The position numbers and the translations under genes were made by a program. The notes under the pieces are model-generated. The model was not told the DNA's origin. It searched no databases and saw only the letters and a list, made by a program, of their open reading frames with translations. 32,000 nt of DNA from Ignicoccus islandicus DSM 13165 (GTDB lineage: Archaea > Thermoproteota > Thermoprotei_A > Sulfolobales > Ignicoccaceae): the NCBI RefSeq assembly GCF_001481685.1, contig NZ_CP006867.1:840001-872000 (forward strand), read 5' to 3'. Below are positions 17,869 through 26,511 of this stretch, piece after piece. Each line of letters begins with the position of its first letter. Position 1 is the first letter of the stretch.

Positions 17869-19565
17869 TTATTGCTAACGTCGGAAGGCAAGGCGATCTT
17901 CGCTCTTCGGGAGTAGTAGAGCGGGAGCGTCTGAGGCAATTGGCCGTATTCGCCCAATTCCTCCTTAATTACTTCAATCAATTCCTTAACGCTCATGTCT
18001 ATTCTATTGTTGTCGATTCGCCTCAACACAACTACGGTATTGGTTTCCTTCTCCCTCTTCCCCACTAATACTAGATACGGTATCCACTCCTTTCCCGCGT
18101 CCCGGATCTTCGTTCCCATGCTAACGTTCCTATCGTCTATATCGACCCTTATTCCGGCCCTCTTTAGCTCGTCAACGACGGATAGAACGTAGGGCAATAC
18201 CGACCTCTCTTCCGGTATTACCCTCACTTGAATGGGGGTTAGCCACATAGGTAACATGGGAGGCTTCCCCTCTTTGTAATCCTTAGCCGCCTTGTCCAGG
18301 ATCATGTAGATGTATCTTTCAATTGATCCCAAGGGTGAAGCCTTAACGACGTACTTGTCGCCTTCTATAATTAGCTTTAAGCTACCGATCTCGACGGGCT
18401 TTCCGCAATTGGAAACGAGGAGGTACTCGACGTCTATTAAGGCGTTCGAGTCCTCTATTATTCTAACTATTCCATCCTTGTTATCCCTACCCACCATGTT
18501 CTTTATTAAATCGAACCATTCGTCTTTTACGTCATTCCTCAAGTTATACATAACAACGTACTTCTGACCTATCTTCTCGGCTTCATTATGCGTTAAGTCA
18601 TGCATCATTAGTAAGAACTTCTCCGCGTTAAGTCTATCGTTAAAGAAGGCCGATATTACTGGTAAATGGAAAGAGTTCACCCTCTTACAAGGTTCGCAGT
18701 TACCGGATTTCCTATAAATAGTTAGTATCTCGAAGATCGCTATATCTGATTCGTCTACGCTAATCGCTTGCTCTTCGTCCGAACTCCTCAAGCAGAAGCC
18801 TTCACATACTATTGGACTGAACTCGCATTCCTCTTCTACGTCCGTGTCTTTCATAAAGTAAATTGGTATTAGTTCGTTAACGTTCAAGGCTAAAGTGCTT
18901 GCATATATTAGGACCGCATTGAACATGAAGTACGCTAAGGGTAAGTAGGCGGGAAAGCACTTATCGCCTATCTTCTTAACTACAAATCCGAACTTAGAGC
19001 AATACTTGCAAGCCAGATCTTCTTCGCACTTCCAGTCGCCTTTTTCAATAGATTCCCATACGATCCTTATTTCTTCGTTTAATTCATTAGCTTTAGGTTT
19101 GGTGAGCTCTCCATTGATCGTTATTACGTAGGAATCCAATACCTTTGGCTTGTACTCGGGCGGCGAGTACCTCTTGGAAAGCTCGGCTAGCGGATGACCC
19201 TTGCACTTAATTTGAAAGCTCTTGTACCATCCAAAGGGCGCCCTGTGGACCTTAACGCCTTTCTCTTTCAACATTTCTTCGAGCTTAAGTAGGACCTTAA
19301 TGGCTTCCCCGGGCTTTGCGAGGGTCGAGGATAAGTGCGCGTAAGGATATAATACTACTTCATTTACCTTTAGCCTATTCAACTGTTCTACTATGTCCTT
19401 AACGACGTCATCTAATACCTTCGAGTCGTTAGGTTCAACTGTAGCGAACACTACTAGCGCGTTAGAAGTAGAGTAGCTCTTCTGACTAACGTTCTCAGCG
19501 CTCTTTATGGCCTTCTTCTTAGCTTCGTAGGAGAAATCATCTACGTGAAGCATGAGAATTTTCAA
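17865..19565 (-). CDS. thrS: Threonyl-tRNA synthetase editing paralog (ThrRS-ed): archaeal DTD-like editing domain, degenerate class II core and anticodon-binding domain
   Basis: 566 aa. The N-terminus MKILMLHVDDFSYE ... YPYAHLSSTLAKP ... APFGWYKSFQIKCKGHPLAELS matches the archaeal ThrRS N-terminal editing domain. The C-terminus GSIERYIYMIL ... PMWLTPIQVRVIP matches the motif 3/anticodon-domain junction. I cannot recognise class II motifs 1 and 2 in the middle region. Confidence 0.85.
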   Translation of the reverse strand: MKILMLHVDDFSYEAKKKAIKSAENVSQKSYSTSNALVVFATVEPNDSKVLDDVVKDIVEQLNRLKVNEVVLYPYAHLSSTLAKPGEAIKVLLKLEEMLKEKGVKVHRAPFGWYKSFQIKCKGHPLAELSKRYSPPEYKPKVLDSYVITINGELTKPKANELNEEIRIVWESIEKGDWKCEEDLACKYCSKFGFVVKKIGDKCFPAYLPLAYFMFNAVLIYASTLALNVNELIPIYFMKDTDVEEECEFSPIVCEGFCLRSSDEEQAISVDESDIAIFEILTIYRKSGNCEPCKRVNSFHLPVISAFFNDRLNAEKFLLMMHDLTHNEAEKIGQKYVVMYNLRNDVKDEWFDLIKNMVGRDNKDGIVRIIEDSNALIDVEYLLVSNCGKPVEIGSLKLIIEGDKYVVKASPLGSIERYIYMILDKAAKDYKEGKPPMLPMWLTPIQVRVIPEERSVLPYVLSVVDELKRAGIRVDIDDRNVSMGTKIRDAGKEWIPYLVLVGKREKETNTVVVLRRIDNNRIDMSVKELIEVIKEELGEYGQLPQTLPLYYSRRAKIALPSDVSNK

Positions 19566-19613
19566 TTAATTGCCCCTATTATTGAATTAAAAATGTTTTA
19601 AATAGATTATTTA

Positions 19614-22600
19614 TTAATGTTTGGCCTTAGCGATAACTACCTCCCTCTTCTCGCTTACTTGCGTCTTAGATACAAGCCTTTGAGAATAGTAATAGTATAT
19701 TGCTCCTAATAGCGCTCCTAAACTCATTAGGCCAGGTCCGCTCCACACGAATATCATTCCCGGTATTACCTTTGCTTGCACGTAGAGTCCTTGAGTAGAT
19801 ATCAGGCTCTTGTAATTCTTCGCCATATTGTATAACTCTACGGTCGCGACTTCCAAGAAGGTAGCCAACTGGTCCCTGGGAACTTGGTTTACGAAGTTTA
19901 CGTTATAGCCGGCAGCGAAGAGCGCAGTTAAAGCCAGTTTCTGTCCCTCATCGTAGTTCTTTGAGTTGAGTAACTTGTTGAGGTACCATAATAGCATGTC
20001 GTGATACGATATGCCGGTTATTGCGTGAGACGACTTGACGGGCGGGTTAAGTACTACGTAAAGATCGCTTAGGCCGTAGCTAGGGTGAACCACCTTCGGA
20101 ACCAGGCCGTGAATTCCTTGTATTTCTCCGTACGCCTCGTACCTTATCTTTTCATTGAATTCGTAGGTAGTGTTGTCTGGATTTAGCACCTTGAACTTTA
20201 GAGTCAGGTCAGCGGTTTCTGGTACGAACTTGGGTGCGTTAACGTAACCTGCGCAGTCGGGGTTCAAGCACTTCGTTCCGGGCGGAGGCGTTATCACCTT
20301 CAACACGTTCTTGGGATCCGATAGGAACTCTCCCATTTCAGTACCCATTAAGCTTTGAACGGTAGGGTCGCTGAGGGCATGTAGGTACGCGGTAATTGAG
20401 ATCGGTAGGGAACCGGTCGAGGGATAAGTTCCGTTGCCCAGCGCTACCTCTCCATCGAACATGACGAACGCTTGAGGTATTACTGTCAGAGTTTCGTTCG
20501 CAATGGGCGCGGAAGCCGGATATATGGTAAAGTTGGAGAACGTGATTGCAATCTTTTCTTCCTCAAGCTCTATCGAGTAAGGTCTATCTAACCTAACTAA
20601 CAACGCTTGGTGAGGCGTGAGCGGCATCGGCTTATTGATTACGAGGCCTTCCGCTAAGGTGGTAAACGCGTAGCCGAAGGTTCCGTCCCTCTTTTGCCAT
20701 ACGTAGAGCGCTATGGTTAGGTTCTGAGCGCTTAGCTTCAGCGGGCGCTTCAGATTGAGTTCGATAGCATTGGAGGTTACGTTGAATACCCTTATTTCCG
20801 CCGATTCGAAGGACGCGTTGTTTCTCGTTCCTAATTTGTAAACTTGCATTGCCTCATTGCTTACCATTGGGTTGGCGTGGAACATCTTGTTTACCACGTA
20901 CCTATACAAGTCGTTCGTTTGGAGTAGTTGCTCCCCCTTCTTCACCTCTTGGAGAAATTCTGATAGGTCGTTGGCTATTGTCTTTATCGCTAACCACGCG
21001 TAGAAGTAAACGCTCGACTTCTGGACGTATCTATCGAATATATCAACGAACGATTTGCTTAGGTTATAGTCGTAGGATTCCAATACCAACTTCATGTTAT
21101 TCGGTAGCGCCTCCGCCTTGTTCGGTGGGAGATCGAAATGGTAGAAGTAGTCGTTATTGAAGGCGTAGGTGCCCGACATTAGAACTCCTAAGGCCGTTAG
21201 TGCCATTCCCAAGTGAATTAGTCCTATTTCCACGTCCCTAATTTTCTTATATTTCGTAAAGATGTAGTAGAGGGAACTAGCTATAGCGATAGCCGCTAAG
21301 GGAATGCCGAACGCCATCATTGCATTGGTGGTAACGGGCGATAGGTGAGCCAACGTTATGGAGCCCCTTAGGGCAGCTAACCCGGTAGAGGTACCCAAGA
21401 GCAACGCGCTTGCTATAACTAAGAGAACCGGTTTCCAGCCTAACTCGCTCAAGGTAACCATAGGGAGGGAGATCAATAGCAGCGCGAGTACCGGGTAAAG
21501 CACGGGGTGGAAGTACTCTATTCCAGCGCTCATTTGCGGGATGGACGCTTCCTTACCCATTGCTACCATTATTGAAGGTACGAACAGGGTTCCGTAGACG
21601 AAGAAGGCGGCTATTAGAAGACCTAATGACGCTAGGCCCATTCCAATTACGAAGGGAGTTTTCTTCGCGATCGCTGATCTAATTTGGGTCAAGTACTTGT
21701 CCCAATCGGAAAGCCTCTTAATGAACCACATTAGGTAGGCTATAGACAAGACTAAGAGCGAGACGCTGCCTAGGTTAGCTCCAGCGAAGCTGTGCAATGG
21801 GCTGAGACCCGTTCTAGTTACGAACATTGCTAGGAAGACTGAGGAAGGTATTAGGGGAGCGTACGCTTCGGCGAACGCTGGTAATATTGGGGCCACGTGA
21901 GGTAGTACTGTAGCAGCGAGCCACACTACGAGCTCGCTCGTTTCTACGGGATCCCACGCCCAGTAGCCTCCCCAACCGAAGGTCTCATAGCTCCAGAACG
22001 CACCTAGAGCTATTCCTAGGGTCAGTAGCGCCCATCCAACGTTGAAGGATACTTTAGCTCTCTTTATACCCAAGGCGAGAGCTATGGCTGATATTGCCAA
22101 TATACCGTAACCGCTGAACGTGGATACTGGGTGAGGATACAACCAAGGACTCTTTAATAGAGGATTCAGACCGGCACCGGTTATTGGATTGCCCGGTATT
22201 AGCGTGAACGCATCGTTCATGTAGGCAGCGAAGAGTCCGACCAAGACCACTGGTATAGATAGCAAGTAGAACTTCGCGTCGTCGCTTCTAATGAAGTATA
22301 AGGTGAGTCCAGCAATGAAGGCGAAGAGGAATAAGCTCCCGCCTCCTCCCGACCACGATGTAGCCAGCCTCATCCATAGGGGCATACCGACGCTGGAGTT
22401 CCAATAGACCTCGTGGAGGCTGAAGTCCAGCGTAAGGAAGGGTATTAGGTACAGTAGCCACGAAACGGTTAGCGCTATTGTTGAGTACTTCAAGTATTTC
22501 GCTAGTTCGTTTTTCTTTCCATTAAACGCGTAGTAGGCCGTCAGTATATAGAGCGCGGCAGCGATAAGAGGAGGAAATCCCGTCCAATGTAGCATTTCCT

Positions 22601-22625
22601 TCAGAACACCTAAGCCACTCAACAT
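19614..22625 (-). CDS. ccmF: CcmF/NrfE-like cytochrome c-type biogenesis (heme-handling) membrane protein with a greatly expanded extracytoplasmic C-terminal domain
   Basis: 1003 aa. Polytopic N-terminal half with the WWD motif WGGYWAWDPVETSELVVWLAATVLPH and an upstream LYPHPVSTFSGYG. The C-terminus has CcmF_C-like DLYVVLNPP and a final TM (IFVWSGPGLMSLGALLGAIYYYY). Confidence 0.8.
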   Translation of the reverse strand: MLSGLGVLKEMLHWTGFPPLIAAALYILTAYYAFNGKKNELAKYLKYSTIALTVSWLLYLIPFLTLDFSLHEVYWNSSVGMPLWMRLATSWSGGGGSLFLFAFIAGLTLYFIRSDDAKFYLLSIPVVLVGLFAAYMNDAFTLIPGNPITGAGLNPLLKSPWLYPHPVSTFSGYGILAISAIALALGIKRAKVSFNVGWALLTLGIALGAFWSYETFGWGGYWAWDPVETSELVVWLAATVLPHVAPILPAFAEAYAPLIPSSVFLAMFVTRTGLSPLHSFAGANLGSVSLLVLSIAYLMWFIKRLSDWDKYLTQIRSAIAKKTPFVIGMGLASLGLLIAAFFVYGTLFVPSIMVAMGKEASIPQMSAGIEYFHPVLYPVLALLLISLPMVTLSELGWKPVLLVIASALLLGTSTGLAALRGSITLAHLSPVTTNAMMAFGIPLAAIAIASSLYYIFTKYKKIRDVEIGLIHLGMALTALGVLMSGTYAFNNDYFYHFDLPPNKAEALPNNMKLVLESYDYNLSKSFVDIFDRYVQKSSVYFYAWLAIKTIANDLSEFLQEVKKGEQLLQTNDLYRYVVNKMFHANPMVSNEAMQVYKLGTRNNASFESAEIRVFNVTSNAIELNLKRPLKLSAQNLTIALYVWQKRDGTFGYAFTTLAEGLVINKPMPLTPHQALLVRLDRPYSIELEEEKIAITFSNFTIYPASAPIANETLTVIPQAFVMFDGEVALGNGTYPSTGSLPISITAYLHALSDPTVQSLMGTEMGEFLSDPKNVLKVITPPPGTKCLNPDCAGYVNAPKFVPETADLTLKFKVLNPDNTTYEFNEKIRYEAYGEIQGIHGLVPKVVHPSYGLSDLYVVLNPPVKSSHAITGISYHDMLLWYLNKLLNSKNYDEGQKLALTALFAAGYNVNFVNQVPRDQLATFLEVATVELYNMAKNYKSLISTQGLYVQAKVIPGMIFVWSGPGLMSLGALLGAIYYYYSQRLVSKTQVSEKREVVIAKAKH

Positions 22626-22775
22626 AGCATTTACTATAAAATCTCATGCGAACAATCGAATTAGGTTTAAGTATTACACTAATTATTCCCTGAACCTCAA
22701 GCTTATAGGTATCTAAGAATCACGCAAAGCGGATATTCGTACCTTTTCATATATGCCTCTCCGGGTTACACTAAC

Positions 22776-23501
22776 TTGAACAAAGAGCAAATTAGGAGAA
22801 TGGTTTGGGAGAAGATAAAACCCTATGCGCTACCGCCCTTTCCAGTAGAGGGAAGGATACCTAACTTCAAAGGAGCAAAGGAGGCCGCTGAGAGGCTGAC
22901 TTCCATTCCGGAATGGAGAAACGCTTCGTTAGTGAAATCCAATCCAGACAGTCCTCAGAGATGGGTTCGCTTGGCTGCGCTTAGGGAAGGAAAGCTCCTC
23001 CTGATGGCAACGCCTCGCCTAAGGGAGGGGTTTCTCTTATTGGACCCGAATTCCGTTCCGCCTTCGAAATACTCCGAAGCTTCTACTATACGGGGAGCGT
23101 TCAAGTGGGGAAGGAAGCTTAGAACGGTAGACGAGCTATTGAACTCCGTAAGCAAGGTGGACTTCGTTATTGAGGGTTCAGTAGCGATCGATCTAGATGG
23201 TAGGAGGATAGGGAAGGGAGCTGGGTACGGCGACTTGGAGTTCGGTATATTAACCGAGCTAGGCCTTATGGACGTAAAAGTACCAATAGCTACTACCGTT
23301 CACGACGTCCAAGTTCTCGAGGGACCCTTACCGCAAGACCCTTGGGACGTCCCATTGAGCTTCGCTTTCACGCCTACCAAGTCGCTTAAGTTCGAACCGT
23401 TGAACAGGCCTAAGGGGATATTATGGCAATACTTAAGTGAAGAGAAAGTGCGTGAGATTCCAATCCTTCGCGAGCTCAAGCGCTCTATTCAAAAGCAATA
23501 G
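22776..23501 (+). CDS. 5-formyltetrahydrofolate cyclo-ligase (MTHFS) family protein
   Basis: 241 aa with a TTG start. N-terminal KEQIRRMVWEKI, GKGAGYGD (GxGxGYYD-like) and a PWDVPL motif. TATA-like TTCATATATG lies about 25 nt upstream. Confidence 0.7.
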   Translation: MNKEQIRRMVWEKIKPYALPPFPVEGRIPNFKGAKEAAERLTSIPEWRNASLVKSNPDSPQRWVRLAALREGKLLLMATPRLREGFLLLDPNSVPPSKYSEASTIRGAFKWGRKLRTVDELLNSVSKVDFVIEGSVAIDLDGRRIGKGAGYGDLEFGILTELGLMDVKVPIATTVHDVQVLEGPLPQDPWDVPLSFAFTPTKSLKFEPLNRPKGILWQYLSEEKVREIPILRELKRSIQKQ

Positions 23502-23528
23502 TATAAACCGTGAAATGGTGGTTAAAAA

Positions 23529-24137
23529 TTGGAAGAACTGAAGAAAGAGAACTACAAGCTCTTAAGAGAGGAAGTAATTAAGTGTCCCGTTTGCGGAGAA
23601 GAGAAGATGAAGGTTAGCATATATAGTTACGATATGCCAATGATAGGTCCAGTAATAATAGTTACGGGTAAATGCGCTAGCTGTGGATATAAGTTCGTTG
23701 ACATTAAGACGTTGGAAAGGAAAGGCAACCAGAGGATAGAATTTAAAGTAGAGAACGAAAAAGACTTGAACACGTTGGTACTCAGGTCCTCGACCGCTAC
23801 CTTGGAAATACCGGAACTTCAAGCGGAAATTTCGCCGGGACCTATTTCCCAAGGCTTCCTAACGACTGTTGAGGGGGTTCTACATAGGTTCAAAGACATT
23901 ATAGAATTCCTCTGTAAAGACGCGACAGATGAGAAAGAGAAGAAGGAGTGCGAGGAGAGGTTGAAACGCTTAGGTGAGATGTTAGAAGGTAAGAGGGAGT
24001 TTACAATAATAATTAAAGATCCCGAAGGGTACAGCAAGATAGCGAGCGAAAAGGCAAAAGAGGAGATAAAGAGGGACGATGACGGAATAGCTCCCTTAGA
24101 GAGCGGTGATCGGACGGCACGAGGTGGAGTCCAATGA
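23529..24137 (+). CDS. ZPR1-type zinc-finger protein (archaeal C4 Zn-ribbon plus ZPR1 beta-domain)
   Basis: 202 aa. CPVCGE ... CASCGY followed by a region resembling the ZPR1 family (LVLRSSTATLEIPEL ... PGPISQGFLTTVEGVL). Confidence 0.65.
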   Translation: MEELKKENYKLLREEVIKCPVCGEEKMKVSIYSYDMPMIGPVIIVTGKCASCGYKFVDIKTLERKGNQRIEFKVENEKDLNTLVLRSSTATLEIPELQAEISPGPISQGFLTTVEGVLHRFKDIIEFLCKDATDEKEKKECEERLKRLGEMLEGKREFTIIIKDPEGYSKIASEKAKEEIKRDDDGIAPLESGDRTARGGVQ

Positions 24138-24364
24138 GGAGCACGCTAGATGCTGTTCCAGAAGGTAAGACCGTTAGGGTCGTTGAAATCTACGCGGGCC
24201 CGGGAGCGACCGTTAGGTTGAGGGAGCTCGGAATAAAGGAGGGTAGCTTAGTGAAGGTCGTAAAGAACAGTGGAATAGGTCCAATAGTTATAGAAACTAG
24301 CGAGGGGCGGTTCGCTCTAGGAAGGGGTATGGCGAGTAGAGTTATTGTAGAGGAAGCGTTCTAA
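24134..24364 (+). CDS. feoA: FeoA-domain protein (SH3-like, FeoA/DtxR C-terminal type)
   Basis: 76 aa. GKTVRVVEI...GATVRLRELGIKEGSLVKVV...IVIE...FALGRGMASRVIV fits the FeoA domain pattern. ATGA overlap with the upstream gene. Confidence 0.65.
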   Translation: MRSTLDAVPEGKTVRVVEIYAGPGATVRLRELGIKEGSLVKVVKNSGIGPIVIETSEGRFALGRGMASRVIVEEAF

Positions 24365-24372
24365 TAAGCGAG

Positions 24373-24666
24373 GTGACGCGGTTGATCAGAATAAAGCTCG
24401 TGGGGGCCTCCCTCTCTATAATCTCATTAGTTGCCATTGCTTTAACTACATACTCCCTCTTCGCTCCCCTAGACGTTTCAATTCAGATAATCAAAATTAC
24501 CAATTGGTTAGTAGTTGTGGCTCTTTCAATTATCTTAGGTTGGATTGGAGTAATAATGCTCAGGGCGGAGGAGCCGAAAAGCGCGGAAGAGCTCAGGGAG
24601 GAACTGAGAAAGGAAATAGAAGAGATGAAGAAAGACATTGAAAGGGCCATGAAGGAACAAGCTTAG
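24373..24666 (+). CDS. Small 2-TM membrane protein with a charged coiled C-terminal tail
   Basis: 97 aa. Two hydrophobic helices followed by EELREELRKEIEEMKKDIERAMKE. GAGGTGA at 24370-24376 favours the TTG at 24382 as the true start. Confidence 0.45.
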   Translation: MTRLIRIKLVGASLSIISLVAIALTTYSLFAPLDVSIQIIKITNWLVVVALSIILGWIGVIMLRAEEPKSAEELREELRKEIEEMKKDIERAMKEQA

Positions 24667-24737
24667 TTCGTTCCATCGAACGCTTTCGTTTCATACTTAC
24701 CATAAAACGTTACGCTTCCGATCGAATTCTTGGAAGA

Positions 24738-25610
24738 GTGATGAAGTGGAGCGATCACAGGAGAGTCACTGAGTACGTGCTTCAAGCAATACCGCTCAGC
24801 TTCGGAGAAAAGGAAAAGATCGTTGAGTCGAACGTAATGACCGATAAATATCCGGATTTCGTAGATGGAAGAAGGGTAGCGCACCACTCGGAAGAAGGTT
24901 TAAAGGTAGGGTTAGCGTACCTAAAGGAAGCTAAGAACAAATATGACAGAAAAGAAAGTTACGAAATAGAACTGGGTAGGGCTTTACATTATCTGCAAGA
25001 TTACTGCGTAGAGAATGATATAAAGGAACTCGAATTCCACGACCTAAAGGTAAGAAGTAAGGCCCACGATAGCATGGAAGAGTTCGTAAAAAGGATTCGA
25101 GACGAAACGGTTCGAAAGTACGCCTTTTCAGCAGCAGTCGAAACCAAGGACAAGAACCCTACTCTAGAGGAACTATATAGGATCGCATTAGCAAAAGGAA
25201 TGAAAAGGGATCCCAGCAAGGTATTGAAGTGTGCCGTATGTCTGAGCGCTCTTGCTCTAAGGTACTTAACTTCTAGTCCTAAACAGGAACCTGAGAGCTC
25301 GGACGGGAGTAGTTCTAAAGGGAACGGGAGTAGAGGAAGGGAACGCGGAGTAATGTTCAAATTATTGTATTATACGGCCAAGCTCGTTCTGTTCGGCGTA
25401 AAGTTGGCCATTGTATTACCACTAATCGCTATCTTTACAATATTCCTAATAGGCTTGATACCATTATGTTTCATCCCCATTCTAGATCTCATCGTTATAC
25501 CCCTTTGCGAGGTCTTCGGAGGGGCAATCATAGGGGGATTAAAGTGGACGTTCGGTATTAAAAGCTCGCAAGAAGTAAAGGTAGAGAACTTAGGGGTATG
25601 TAAAGACTAG
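24738..25610 (+). CDS. Membrane-anchored protein with an N-terminal zinc-dependent phospholipase C / P1-nuclease-like domain (tentative)
   Basis: 290 aa. N-terminal MMKWSDH, later AHHSE, ALHYLQDYCV and KAHDSMEEF resemble the W/H/D/H...HxxxD metal ligands of the Zn-PLC fold. A low-complexity S/G/R linker is followed by a long hydrophobic C-terminus (about 2-3 TM). Confidence 0.4.
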   Translation: MMKWSDHRRVTEYVLQAIPLSFGEKEKIVESNVMTDKYPDFVDGRRVAHHSEEGLKVGLAYLKEAKNKYDRKESYEIELGRALHYLQDYCVENDIKELEFHDLKVRSKAHDSMEEFVKRIRDETVRKYAFSAAVETKDKNPTLEELYRIALAKGMKRDPSKVLKCAVCLSALALRYLTSSPKQEPESSDGSSSKGNGSRGRERGVMFKLLYYTAKLVLFGVKLAIVLPLIAIFTIFLIGLIPLCFIPILDLIVIPLCEVFGGAIIGGLKWTFGIKSSQEVKVENLGVCKD

Positions 25611-25776
25611 GAGCGAGGAAGGTCGTAAACGAGTCCCAGCTGAAGGTAATAGTGACAACATGGGCATACATATATAATTGGCGAAATGCTAACTATAATT
25701 GGAGCGACACGGCAATCGACAATAACCCGGGTGAGGTTCCCCCGATGATCCGGGTGAGGATGAGATGCCGTAAGGA

Positions 25777-26382
25777 CTACCTCTCTTCACATCTCCTCAA
25801 TACTTTCTTAAGCTCAACCGCTCTCCGATTCCCCGAGTAAAGCTCATCCAATCTCCTGACGAAGTTCGCTACGTGATCTGCTATAGATAGGAGTCTCCGA
25901 TAGTTCGGATCCCTAATTCCTCCTTCTCGATGAATTCTTTCAATGCAAGTGACTTGTTGAAAGCGTTCTTCAATAAATTCGTAAGCGTGATCGTCAACCA
26001 GTAGCACTTTGCTTCTCTCTAGGAGGTTCTTGCATCTATTTACTAGTCGGTCGAGGTCGGTATCATAGTCGACAACGTAAAATTGTACACCGCGCTTCTT
26101 CATTTCCTCTAACGTCCTCGGCAACTTCTTCAACGCGGTCAATCTCTCCTTCTTCGCTTTCTCTCTCGAATGTCCAAGGTTTTCGAGCTTCTTCAAATCG
26201 TTACTGTAAACTGCAACCATTCCGTAAACCGTCCGTAGAACGCTTTTCCCCTTGGACTTCCTTTTAAGGACCTTTGGATCTGATTTGGTATAATCTATAG
26301 CTACCACCAAATCCAAGCATCCGTCCTCGGGAACCAAGGTCAAGTGCCTCTGGATACATTCTACGATTGTAAGTAAAAGCAT
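25777..26382 (-). CDS. Hypothetical basic protein, weakly reminiscent of DUF3800-type proteins
   Basis: 201 aa. VVAIDYTKS near the N-terminus, VLLVDDHAY, and C-terminal LLSIADHVANFV resemble the three conserved blocks I recall for DUF3800. This assignment is very tentative. Confidence 0.4.
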   Translation of the reverse strand: MLLLTIVECIQRHLTLVPEDGCLDLVVAIDYTKSDPKVLKRKSKGKSVLRTVYGMVAVYSNDLKKLENLGHSREKAKKERLTALKKLPRTLEEMKKRGVQFYVVDYDTDLDRLVNRCKNLLERSKVLLVDDHAYEFIEERFQQVTCIERIHREGGIRDPNYRRLLSIADHVANFVRRLDELYSGNRRAVELKKVLRRCEER

Positions 26383-26511
26383 TTACACAATAGTCCATTA
26401 AACCTCATTTCCAATGATGCGCTACTCCAGTTCCGCGGTATCTCGTATCGATAGGAGCGAAGAAAGCCTACATTAACTATAGCTCAAAATCGAAGGAGGA
26501 GGACTGAGAAC

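Noticed and set aside
25652-25840. 62-aa plus-strand ORF in the convergent spacer, and the 74-aa minus-strand ORF at 24663-24887
   Set aside because: They are short, overlap the ends of better-supported genes, and have no start signals or motifs.
26410-26505. AAUGAUGC (C-box-like) upstream of icd, with a CUGA about 90 nt downstream
   Set aside because: The spacing is far too long for an archaeal C/D sRNA, and there are no internal boxes. The CUGA lies within the GGAGGAGGACTGAG ribosome-binding region of icd.
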